The position numbers were made by a program, and so were the translations under genes. DNA of 63,286 nt, filler included, from Reticulomyxa filosa (Eukaryota > Protista > Foraminifera), in assembly GCA_000512085.1 (NCBI GenBank). It is 10 parts of 10 records of this genome, joined end to end, with 100 filler letters (N's around TTAATTAATTAA, not from the genome) between each part and the next. Parts side by side here need not be neighbours in the genome. Positions count along the whole stretch, not along the records: positions 39,718 to 42,740 come from ASPP01008929.1; positions 42,841 to 47,952 come from ASPP01009721.1; positions 48,053 to 49,821 come from ASPP01048159.1; positions 49,922 to 57,090 come from ASPP01027226.1; 6 more parts are not named here. One strand, written 5' to 3'. Below the pieces are notes generated by a model. The model searched no databases. It was not told the DNA's origin and saw only the letters and a list, made by a program, of their open reading frames with translations. Of the stretch, positions 39,968 through 51,877 are shown piece by piece; the first letter of the stretch is position 1; the number at the start of each line of letters is the position of its first letter.

Positions 39968-42210
39968 TTAGAACGTGAAGTTCGCGGTCAGGTTGGCGGT
40001 ACGCGGGGCACCCGGAAGGTAACGGGTACGGTTGTTGTTGAGGGTGGAGATGTACTTCTCGTCAAACAGGTTGTACACGTTCAGCTGCAAATCAACGTTC
40101 TTGTTCAGCTTGTAGCTGGCCATCGCATCGACCACGGCGTAGTCCTCGATACCCTTGATGGCATCGCTGCTGCGGCTCTTGGCATTGTTGTGTTTGCCCA
40201 TGTAACGCACGCCGCCGCCAATAGTAAGGTCATGGCTCAGCTTGTAGCTGGTCCACAGCGTGGCGCTCATCTTGGGCGACCAGTCGGAAGGAATGCCGGT
40301 AGACGCGGCCGTCGCCCCCTCTTTCACCTCGGTTTCCATATAGGCTACCCCTGCACTCAGTTCCCAAGCCGGGGTCAGCTGACCCACCAGACCCAGCTCG
40401 ACACCCTGAATCTGGCGCTTGCCGTACTGGGCAAAAGTATTGGTGTTGCTATCCAGCTTGGCCAGCTCGTTCTTGTTGGTAGTCTGGTAGATGGCGGCGG
40501 TCAGGCCCAGCTTGTTATCCAGCACATCCCACTTGGTACCCAGCTCGATGTTCTGGGTTTCTTGCGGGTCCAGCGCCGGGTTATTGGCACTGGTATTGGA
40601 CGTATCCAGCTGGAAGTTGTCACCACCGGCCGGCTTCTGCGAGGTAGCGTACGACAGGTAAATGCTGCCATTGGCCGCCGGCTTGAACAGCAGGCCCAGC
40701 TTACCGCTCACCAGATTGCCGGACTTCTCCAGGCTAGACGGCACCTTGGTACCTACCGGCAGCGTCGGATGGCTGGTGGCCGTCGAGATGCTGACATTAT
40801 TGGTCTGGGTACTGTAGTGCTCGAGACGCAGGCCACCGCTGACTTGCCACTGCTCGTTCAGCTTCAGCGTGTCAAAGGCGTACAGGGCCAGGGTGTCGGT
40901 ACTGCCTTTGTTGCTGGCACCGGTCAGGGTAGGCAGCACCGTCGGTTTGTCTGCGCTGTTAGGGTTGTACAGATTGGCCACAGGGCCCGCAGTGCCATTG
41001 GCATTGCTGCGACCGTAGCTGTTTTGCGACTCGTGCAGCATTTCGATACCGCTCAGCAGTTCGTGCTCGATGCTGCCAGTCTTGAAACGGCTGTTCAGGT
41101 TGGTCTGGTTGGCCAGGATGGTGTTGTCCTGCAAGTTCGACTGTGCGCTACGGGACACGGTCCAGCTGGCCGGGTTATTGACATCGGCCAGGGTATGGCC
41201 GCCCAGCGCATGCAGTACGCGATCGACCTTGGAGCGGCCGTAACGGGTGATGTTGGTCAGCTTGTTGCCGTTGGCAAACGTGTGTTCCAGCTTGCCGGTG
41301 ATCATGTCGGCGCTGACGTCTTCGTAATCGGAATCCAGACCGTAGAAGTTCTTGCTGTTGACTTCTGCTGCCGTACGGTTACCCAGGCTACTGTGGTAGT
41401 AACCGGGCAACCCCAGCGTGGAGGTACCGCCGTCCGGCACATTGTCTTGCTTGACGTGCTGCAGATTCAGGCTGAACACGGTATTGGTGCCCAGACCGGT
41501 AGCCAGCGACACCGCTACACCGTCGGTATTTTTTTCTACTTTGTCACGACCGGCCACACCACCTTGCTGGCGCAGCAGGTTCACGCGCACGGCGGTGGTA
41601 TCGTCGATCACCTTGTTGGCGTCCAGCGTAAAGCGCTGGTTATCGGCAGTGCTGGCACCGATGCTGCCAGCAATGCTGTCTTCCAGGTTAGCCGTTTTGC
41701 TGATCAGGTTGACGTAGCCACTGGCAGCACCACGACCGATATCGGCGCCGGCAGCACCTTTCACCACCTCGATCTGCTCCAGGTTGAAGGCATCACGCGA
41801 CACCGACCCAGGTCGCGTACGCCGTCGACGAAAGTGCTGCTCTGCGCAGCAAAACCACGCATGTAGAAGGTATCGCCGGCACTGGAGTTACCACCTTCAC
41901 CCAACTGCATGGTAATGCCAGGGGTATTGCGCAGCGCATCCATCAGCGACACCGCGCCTTGCTGCTGCAGCACTTCCTTGCTGATCACGGTAACGGTCTG
42001 CGGGGTATCCACCAGCGGCTGAGTCAGCTTGGGCGACGCCGACTTTTCTTTCTTGATGGCCGGGGTGGTTTGTTCCGGGGCCGCTACCTTGGTGGTCGGC
42101 AGGGTCGCTTCGGTTTGCGCCAGCACCAGGGCCGGCATGGTCAGCAGCGCGATGGCAGCAGCTTGTCGACCCAGGGTCTTGCTGCTTTTGATGTATGCAG
42201 AGTGAGCCAA
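39968..42210 (-). CDS. fiu: Bacterial TonB-dependent siderophore receptor, Fiu/catecholate-like (single frameshift near 41805)
   Basis: GGAG SD + TTG start at 42210; signal peptide; PLVDTPQTVTVI..DALRNTPGIT..GDTFYMRGF..VDGVRD..SRDAFNLEQIEVVKG plug; NVYNLFDEKY..PGAPRT..ANFTF with C-terminal Phe; GC-rich, intronless. Confidence 0.9.
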
Positions 42211-42313
42211 TTGATTCTCCAAACGGGATGTCGTGAGTGGTTTTGCTGGCTTACTGCGTCAAACACCCTAGGCGGCGGGCGACAGCTGGCTGGCTACATT
42301 GCTTTTGAATTTG

Positions 42314-42336
42314 TTAATGATAACAACTATCATTAA
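42314..42336. promoter_or_regulatory. Fur box upstream of the TonB-dependent receptor
   Basis: TTAATGATA-ACAAC-TATCATTAA inverted repeat close to the Fur consensus, an AT-rich island in GC-rich DNA. Confidence 0.8.
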
Positions 42337-42463
42337 TTTTACGCAACATTTGTTCATACATTGGCAACACACTGCCGATACAAACCCGGCGGCGGCCTGC
42401 CACGCAACGGCCAAGCCCTGCCGCCGCCAGCAGGGACAAGCCTGGCCTGGCAGCGCCAGCCGC

Positions 42464-42504
42464 AAAAAAGCATGCCCCCGCCTGCATAGCAAACGGGGGC
42501 ATGC
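42464..42504 (-). terminator. Rho-independent terminator of the upstream flavoprotein gene
   Basis: GCATGCCCCCG...CGGGGGCATGC stem followed by TTTTTT on the minus strand. Confidence 0.8.
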
Positions 42505-42522
42505 CGTTGACGGGCTGCGGGC

Positions 42523-42740
42523 TCAGTACACGTCGCGGCAGTAGCGCCCTTCTGCGGCCAACGCGTCCAGCGTTGCCTCGCCCAGCACCTCGCGCAATAC
42601 CGCATCCACGCCACTGGCCATGCCGGCCAGGCTGCCGCAGACGTAAATAGCCGCGCCGTCTGCCACCCACTGTTGCAAGCGCTCCGCCTGCTCGGCCAGT
42701 ACGTGCTGCACGTAACGGCGCTGCGCCTGATCGCGCGAAA
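42523..42740 (-). CDS. C-terminus of a CysJ-like/PiuB-like NADPH-dependent flavoprotein oxidoreductase
   Basis: FSRDQAQRRYVQH..GAAIYVCGSLAGMASGV..GRYCRDVY*, an FNR-family NAD-binding C-terminus. Confidence 0.85.
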
Positions 42741-42840
42741 NNNNNNNNNNNNNNNNNNNNNNNNNNNNNNNNNNNNNNNNNNNNTTAATTAATTAANNNN
42801 NNNNNNNNNNNNNNNNNNNNNNNNNNNNNNNNNNNNNNNN

Positions 42841-42876
<36 letters not shown>

Positions 42877-42986
42877 GTTGTTGCATTAGCGTTCTCAGAC
42901 AAAGAGTAATATGCGTGTATACATACACATATACAAATACGTATAAGTATATACATATATTTATTTATTTATTTGTACAAGATAAA

Positions 42987-43713
42987 TCAAACTTCTAAAT
43001 CATGTCGAAATTCTAATTCTTCTTCTGCAGTCATTGGAGGAGGTGCATTTGGAGAAAGTGGGGGTCCACCGGCATTGCCTGCAATTTCTTGTTGAATGGC
43101 CTCTTCCAAGCCCTTTTTTTTTTCCCCCCCCCCCCCATATTTTATACACATATATAATATACATGTATATATGTATATGCTGACGATGCAAAAAAAAAAA
43201 AAACACACACTTCTTTTTTATGAGACTTGAAATGGAATACTTACTAAGAAAGAAAGAAAGAGAGATGCTATAGGTGCACTGAAAGATGTGAAAGTAGGTA
43301 ACTGTTCCCGTCGCATCCATGGAACCACCGAGCCCGTAATTTGTCTTGATTCTTGACAAAATGACGTTATCGTTACCCGAAAATACTGACTCGGTGCGCC
43401 CTTTTCGGAGCGATGAATCACTGGTCCTTTTCTTCATCGATCCTGTTTTTGGAGCACTATCCGCATCGAAACTCTCTCGAAACACCATCGTTCGAGATCG
43501 CTCTGTTCTCTCTCCCACTTCATTTTCAATTGGGTTCCCGCTTTCGTTCTCTTTCAAGTTTGATACACTTTGATTGGCAATCTCCATTGACTGTTGGCTG
43601 TCTGCATTGTTGCCTGTGTCTCCATCTTCTGGATTGTCTTTTTTACGGAGTTCTGCTTCCACATCCTCATAATCGTCGTCAGTACCCAACGAAGATTGGG
43701 GACTGTGAGCCAT
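42987..43713 (-). CDS. 5' part of an unknown eukaryotic gene (acidic/Ser-rich N-terminus)
   Basis: ATG 43713, ~137 codons, intron, exon GLEEAIQQEIAGNAGGPPLSP..; truncated by contig end. Confidence 0.6.
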
Positions 43714-45360
43714 ATCTGCACTTGATATAAAATTAAAAATTGATGAAGAATTTTTTCAGGAAAGAAAGAATCACCTAGTTAAGCTTTCAACTTTCTTCGT
43801 GCCACAAGAGATTGCAAAGTGTTTCAAAAGAAAATTTGCAGTAATTTTATGTGAAAAGAAAAAAAAAGACAATATTTCTTTTTTAAAAAAAAGAATGACT
43901 TTGTGTGTACATCATTTCCTCAAATCTGAATAAAATGTCTATATTGTCCTAAGAAGCAATCACTAGTGGTAAAGATTACGAAAAACTTCAAAACAAAAGA
44001 GTGAACGTAAGCGAAAACGAATCAACACAACAAAAGCAGATGCAATTGCCATTGTAGAAAATAGTATCGTACATGCAAAAAATAAGCAGTAATATTTCAA
44101 TATTCTTATTTTCTGCGCAGTTTTGATTTTCAAAAATTCACTAGTGTAATAATGTTGTTCAATTTATATATCAATTTTTTTAAAAAATTCCTTCATTTGT
44201 TGTTCTGTGAGTCTAAACAGATATGTCAAAAAAATTTGTTTATGTATTTATTTTCATTTTTATAAACAAAACTATGCACACAAATATAAAATAAAAAAAT
44301 AGTTCGAAGCTAATTATTATCAATTGATATTTAAATATTATTGCAGTTCCAATCGATATATGTGTTCATACTGCCAGTATAATTACAGTTATTGTAGTCA
44401 CTATCATATGTATTATCATTGAAAATATGCTTATTGATTTACATAGATTTATTCAACTAACAAAATAATTCACACACCTAGCAACAGTTCAAGCGTAAAT
44501 TTCGATTTTTGAAAGCAACAAAAACAATTTAATTTGAAATAGCAACTACAATGGAAAAAAAAACACTAAATTAGAATTTGCGAAAAATTTTGTGATAAGT
44601 TAAATTAAGTTTCAATGTTTGTTTTTATGGAGAAAATCGGTTAATAATTCTATTTTCATGCTGAAAGTACACATTGATCTTTTTACATTCATATGCAACA
44701 TTTGTAATAAAGAGCACAATGAGAGTTGATTAAAAAGCTGTGTCATATACAAAAATTCTTGGCTATAAGTTTAAAAGATGATCAAGACTAAATTTTGCAA
44801 TACCTGGAACATATAAAACAAATGATCATTTTTACATTGTAAAATTCGCTTTGTAGGATAAGTTCACATTATACAATCTCAAATACTAAGGAAACGGTGG
44901 GTTAAAACCCTATTCACAACACAACTCACTTTTGTGTTTTCTTCACTTGTTTTCCTTTCTTGTGTTGAAATTATTTTTGTTAATTTAATTTCCTTTTACT
45001 GAAGTTGCTTTTTGGAACTAAGTTCCTTTCGTATTACACTTAGTCATCTCACTATTCCTACAGCTTTATGAGTAAAAATTTGTAAAGAAGCATGCAAACA
45101 AAAACAAGTCAAAAGTGCGTAAAACACTTTAAGTTTAAATTTCAAACGATGTTAACCTTCTATCCAAAAAGTTCGCTGTAAAATTCTATAACAAAAAATG
45201 TAACACAGTATTCGAACAAATTTATTATAAAAAAAATATCTACTGCTACATTTTGCAAACAACTAAAAATAATTTGAACATATATACATTCGATGACTTA
45301 CACTAAAAACAATAAAGTAATTATGCAAGTAATTTTATATAATCATAAACGAAAACCACC

Positions 45361-45513
45361 AGAAAAATAAAAAATTTGGTTTGAAACAAAAGATTTAAAA
45401 AAACATTAAACGAAAAAAAAGAATTCAGCCAGAACAAGGGCCAGAGGAACTATTTTTTTTAATTTTAGTTTTTTTTAGCCTTTTGTTCCAAACCAAATTT
45501 TTATACTTTTTCT
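45361..45513. repeat. Degenerate inverted repeat (~60-70-bp arms, ~20-bp spacer)
   Basis: taaaaaatttggtttgaaacaaaag... pairs with ...cttttgttccaaaccaaattttta. Confidence 0.6.
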
Positions 45514-46953
45514 TATGTAAAAAAACATGTAACTTCTTTAGACCAACATTGGCTAATGACTGCTTTTTTTCACAATAAGTGTTTTTTACCAATTCGCTTC
45601 ATTTTTGGTTTTACTTCGTCGTAAAACAAAAAGAATGATAAAGTGTAATACAAATATCTATATATTATATATTTTTCAATAAAAGCGATTAAATTTAAGT
45701 CAATAAAAATGGACAACAAAAATATAAAGTGTTTTTGTAGATAGTTTCGAGAAAAGTGATTTCAAGATTCATTTGGACCTTGGCGATAAATAGTAGATCT
45801 TGATCTATGTGTAGGATGTTATCAATACAAATCGGTGCTTTATCTTTTGTCCAAAGAAGATCAATTATTTCATATTTGTAAAGCAACGGACTTGTAGACA
45901 CAAATTAACGAAAGATTCAAGTCTTGAAGGAAAAATAACTACATAATTTGTAAATATTTTTTAAAACGTGTTTTGGATTCATTTCTTGCACCTTTATCTT
46001 CAAACTGTTACATATATATGGCAAAGCCTCGGAAGTGTAAGGAAAGCTAACTGAACTTAAAGTCACTTTTCCAAACTCTCAACACCAGTTCTTTTTGCAA
46101 ACAAATAAATTAATATTTTTACATACTTTCACATTATTAAGGGGCAAATTACCATATTTGTTAGAATTTTCAAAAATCAAAGCGTAGATATGTTTTTTCA
46201 CCGTGTAATGCTAATTTTAGAAGAGATATTGTGCCATTGGATTCACAAACGATTTCTCCAGGTTTGATAGTTTATTTGTGATAACACTTTCGAAACTCTA
46301 AATTTTATTTTAAGTTTAGAGTGTGTTTTATCTTATCATGTATTGCAAGCAATGAAGAGAGCGAATTGAGAAAGAGGCAACACAGTCTAAGATTTGTATT
46401 ACGCTTGGAGGCACCGGATTGAGGGGGTGTTAATTTGACACTACAATCTTTAATCCCTTCCTAAAAATGTGTGAATTAGATTTTTTTTTGGTGCTTTACG
46501 CTGTGAAGATTGTTTTATGAACAAACAGTATGCAATCAAAAATTAATTCCTCTAGTACTGTCTCTCTTCGATTCAAAATTAGCAATTTTTTTTTTTTGAG
46601 AAAGATGTGCTTGCGTTTACATCCCAAAACATCATGTTTAAAAACGTCAAGGCAAAGCCAATTTGATAACAAAAGAACCTGCCCCCAAAAAAAAACGACA
46701 CCATAAACTTTCAATGTTTGCAACTTTGTACATAACTTTTTAGTTAAAAACCAATGCCCTCAAAATGGTGCACATTTTCCCCCCTTCCGCTGTTGACTCT
46801 ATGTTAAGGGTAGGAAGGAGAGGCAAATTATTGAAAAAAAGAAAAGTTATATTGACAATGAAAACCAGAGAATAAGTAACAAAGGTATTTTTGCTTGTAG
46901 TTTAAAAAGAAAACAAAAACAACAACAAAAAAAAAAACACGAATGGAACAAGA

Positions 46954-47890
46954 TCATTTAGCAGAAGGTTTAAGCATAGTAAAAGAGCATTTCAAATTGT
47001 CATCCACAGACATAACACTACCACAATTATCAAATTCACCACAATAATTCGGTGCGGAAAAAATAGTTACAAGTTTACGCCCAGCAAAGAACTCATAGCC
47101 ATCTTCAACAACTTGATGGGCACGACAAATTAAGTCAACTTTAAATCCCTTGCAAAATGAGTCAACAACGTCTGGGCCAAATATATACGAGACACCCCGG
47201 TCAGATTCTGCCCAGCCCACTATTTGTTCAGGATCTGCCCACAATAAGTCACATAACAATCCTATATTCCCCCCCCCCAATCAAACAATTGTCATAACAT
47301 ACACTTTATATTATTTATCATCGTTCCTTATTGGAAAAAAACACTATTGACGACTTAGTGCATGCAAAAACAAATATAAAATTAGCAAATGTTACCTGTG
47401 TCCGGTACTCCTGTAGGTCGATGCAATTTTTTAATTTGCTCAAAGGTTTTCAATTCCGGTGACAACCCCCCATGCCTTCATTTGTTATGTTTGTGCAAGG
47501 TGGTGGATGATGGATGAAAGGTGACAAGGCAAGAGAGAGAGGGAGAGGGGAAAAAAAATGAACAATGAGCACTAAAAAAATGTTTAAAAAATATTACAAA
47601 ACATGGTAAATATTTTATCAGCTACGATTGCAGCAACAGGCAAACAATTAAAACAATCTGTGAATCTTTTCCACAAACGCGGCGAATATCGACGTTTGCA
47701 TTCGTCATAAAAACCGTAAATTCGATTGATTGAGGCGCATTCATGGTTCCCACGGAGAATAAAAAAGTTTTCTGGATATCGAATTTTGTATGCCAATAAC
47801 AAGCATATTGATTCAATGCTTTGCTTGCCTCTGTCTACGTAGTCGCCTAAAAACAAATAATTTGCACTTATACTTTTGCCCGGGTAGCCT
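46954..47890 (-). CDS. PP1: Serine/threonine protein phosphatase 1 catalytic subunit (3' part), multi-exon
   Basis: [75 protein letters not shown]. Confidence 0.95.
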
Positions 47891-48706
47891 ATGTGTCTAT
47901 TTTTTTTTTTCCATAAAACGTTATTTTGTAATTACTTTTTTTTTTTGGATACNNNNNNNNNNNNNNNNNNNNNNNNNNNNNNNNNNNNNNNNNNNNTTAA
48001 TTAATTAANNNNNNNNNNNNNNNNNNNNNNNNNNNNNNNNNNNNNNNNNNNNATTGAAATGAATTTGTTTTATTTAATAAATATAAACTTTATAATTAGA
48101 AATAAATGTTTCATTTTGTAAAGTGTTAGCATCTATTATTTGTACATACACACGAATATTATTTTTTCTATTGGACAGAATTCTTCGTTTTGTCATTGCA
48201 AAAAGTTAACAAATTTCTAAAACTCTACAAAGAGAATATGAGCAAACAAGGTTTTGTTTTTCCATAAAAAAAATAAATTTTTTGGAGTCAACAAGAATTT
48301 TTTTGTTTTTGATGATTTATGCAGTTTTAATGTTTCAAAGTCGAAAATTCAAATTCTTACTCTTCTCGATAATCAATTTAAAAACAGAAACAAATATATG
48401 CAAAATTTATAAAAGTTGTGCTAAATTACACTTTTCCTATTTTATTTTCAAACATTCTGCAAAAACTACAAAACACTATTTTCAAAGTTTTTGTTGAAAA
48501 TATTTTTAAAAAAAACGTGTGATATACTTGCATACTAAGTTTTGTACAAATTTTTTAAAAATTTTTTGTCTTTATCAAAAAAACAATTACGTGTATTGTC
48601 AAAATCCTATTTCACGTTGCCAAAAACATTTTTGAAAACTCCTTTATCATCTTGAGAAAAAAAAAATCAACATCTCGTCAAAAACAATCTTAAGCAAAAA
48701 AACAAA

Positions 48707-49821
48707 ATGACAACTCTTAGCAATGAGAAGCAAACTCCAACACAAATAGTATTGGCAAGCTTTATTACAAGCTTTCAGAAAGTTGTTTTATTTATCATAT
48801 GTAATTGTGGTTCAAACAGTCTAAAGAAGAAATTATTCAAGTAATCGTACAACATTGGATTCGAATATTGAAAATTAAATTAGGATGGATCAAAGATTTT
48901 GACAAAATTGTTGTCAATTATGTTAGTTCATTTGTTCTTTCTTTTTTTAAATACTAACTAAAATATTTAAATGTTTATTTAACATAGATATATACTGTCT
49001 TCATGTTTGACACATTTCGTTCGTCATCCAAACTAATCAATACATTCACTGAACATAAGAGTGTTGTGTGGAGTATTGATTATTCAACCTTTGATGATTG
49101 TCAATTCATTTGTTCTGGATCAGATGATAGTACAGTTCGTGTATGGGATGTTGATAACAACAAACAAATTCAATCATTCAATGAACATTCAAATACTGTG
49201 TATTGTGTAAAATTTTCATCATATCATTATCATAATCATCGTCAAAATGTTGTTTGTTCTTCATCAATTGACAAAACCATTTGTTTTTGGAATTTCAAAC
49301 ATAATAAACAATTACAAATATTCAATGGACACACAAAGGCGTTAATGGAATTGAATTTTCACCATTTAATGGTGGTAGATATTTATGTTTTGGATCATTT
49401 GACAATACTATTCGTTTATGGGATGCTGAAACATCAAAATCATTACATGTTTTCAATGGACATGAAATGCTGTTTCGTGTGTTGATATTTCACCATTACA
49501 AAGCAATAATAAAAATGATAACAATAATATTGGTATGATTGGTGGAAATGGATATACAATTTGTTCTGGATCATGGGATAAAACCATTCGAATATGGGAT
49601 ATTGAAACAACCAAACAATTCAATGTATTCAAAGGACATACAAGTTATGTAATGAGTGTAAAATATGGATCAAATGAATTAGTGAATACAATATTATCTG
49701 GATCAGGAGATAAAAGTGTTCGTTTGTGGGATATTCGATCTAATAAACTAATTCAAGTGTTCAATGGACATACAAGTAATGTGAATGCTGTTGAATATTC
49801 ACCATTTGTAATAAATGATAG
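48707..49821 (+). CDS. WD40-repeat protein of a lineage-expanded family (partial; two A-run frameshifts)
   Basis: Repeated GH..V..V.FS..ICSGS.D.TIR.WD; N-terminal exon IVQHWIRILKIKLGWIKDFDKIVVNY. Confidence 0.85.
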
Positions 49822-51877
49822 NNNNNNNNNNNNNNNNNNNNNNNNNNNNNNNNNNNNNNNNNNNNTTAATTAATTAANNNNNNNNNNNNNNNNNNNNNNN
49901 NNNNNNNNNNNNNNNNNNNNNTTTTTTAAAACAAATATATATTTATTGTAAAATACTTAATTTTGTATGGTAATAGAACGATAATTGCATTAGCAGTGAA
50001 AATGTCAATAAAAACAATAAAAATTATTTTTATTTGATAAGCATATAATTAAAGTTAAATGTTTTATCAAATAAAAATTATACTGAAAAATACATTAGAA
50101 TGCAAAAAAAAGTTGACACCTAAAATGCCATCTTATATAGATGATTGATTTTCTTAATGAAAAAACAACATTTAATCAAATTAAAAAAAAAAAGAAAAAT
50201 CTACAAATATGTAGTTTTTATTTGATTTTTATTACATATTTGCTGTTTTTTTCAAAATTTATGTCTTTTATTGATTTTAAATTTTGAAAAAAATTTACAT
50301 CAAGTAAATATTAAGTTGACAATGATATACATATCAAAATAAATTATCACATTTTTTGTAACTATTCTAAATCAATTATTAAAATTATATTTTTTCTTAT
50401 ATGTTCATAAACAAATATTTTCAATACTTTTTATTAAGTATATAATAGCTTATATACTAAATTATATTATTTTTCTTTTGTCCCTTAATAATTGTTTTAA
50501 TTACTTTGTTTGATTTAGTAAATCTTTTATTCTTATATTTGTTAATCTTAGTTTATAAATATTGTTTATTGTTTTAATGTATTAAATAATAGTTAAATCT
50601 TTTATTTTGTTATAACTTTATTCAATCAATTATTGATAGATTTCATCAATTTTAGTTATTTGTTTCAATACTTTATCAATGCAGTTAATAACTAATTTTT
50701 TTTTATCCTTTGATCTCCTTATTTCTACAAATGTCTTAATTTTTCAATCCAATATCGCCTCTTTACATGTATATCTACGTTACCACTTTAATACGTACAA
50801 CTCAAATCTATTTAAAAAATTCTTTGCGTTCGAAAATGTATTTTAAAAAAACTATAAAGAACTTTTTTTGGAACACAAACAAACGTGGTCAATAAATGCT
50901 TCGCAAATACGAAAGATTGCAACATATCGAATCAATTAACGCAATATATAGACGTTAATCAACGCACAAATGGTTAAAATCTTCGTATAAAACAATTACG
51001 ATAACATTAGTAGTAGTTTTTTTTTTTGAACGAAAAATCTATCGAGGATTTTTTTATAACAAAAAAACTTGCCTGAATTTTGGAAAAATTGTTGTCATTT
51101 TAAATTAATAAAATAGAATTCTTTTGTACATTTTCATTAATCCTTTTTAAAATATCGTACCTTTTTGCAAAAATAAATAAACTTATCTTATGAGCTTTTT
51201 ATTTTGGTGAGTGAGTATACTTATATAAATAGTATAAGAGAATATGAAAAAAGGTGTTTTCATATACCAATTGGCTATCTTTTTTTTGTCATATCTAACA
51301 AAAAAACACGTCTGTTTTCTAAAGCTTTCATGCTGTATTTAAATATCAAGTATGCGTATAAAAAAACGAAATAAAACTTGACCATTAAATCAAAATGGAA
51401 TCGCACGTTTGCTATCAACTTTTCATTGAAGCTACATATGACGTTGTGCGAATCTGTTTAAATACATTATTTACAATTTGTTAACAAGTCAAACAAACGT
51501 AATCACAAAGTTACTCAGATTTTTTGAAAATATTATTGTATCAAAAAAAGCGTTGCTAGTTTTTGCTTCTTCGATTTTTTGTTCATTGTTTTTTTTGCTT
51601 TAATTTTTTTAAAATTATTTTGTATCAAAAATTCCTGCAATTTTTTTTAAACTCAAAATACTTTAAGTTGAGCATGTATGTCCATTATTTAGAACATATT
51701 TTTATCAACTTATTTTGATATAAAAGCACTTTCTTCTCAAAGCGGAAGTGTGTTTGATTTGCCAAGAAATTTAGTAGGACAGAAGTCAAAGCATTTTTAA
51801 AAAAAAGGGTAATATATAATCAATAATTTAACTTTTAGATTGAGACTAGCAATTCAAGACTCCCCTATCGGAAATAA

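Noticed and set aside
39725-41866. 713-aa plus-strand ORF
   Set aside because: It is the antisense shadow of the GC-rich TonB receptor gene
38075-42740. GH2 next to a TonB receptor as a polysaccharide-utilisation locus or HGT island
   Set aside because: They lie on different contigs separated by an artificial spacer, and the GH2 gene has spliceosomal introns
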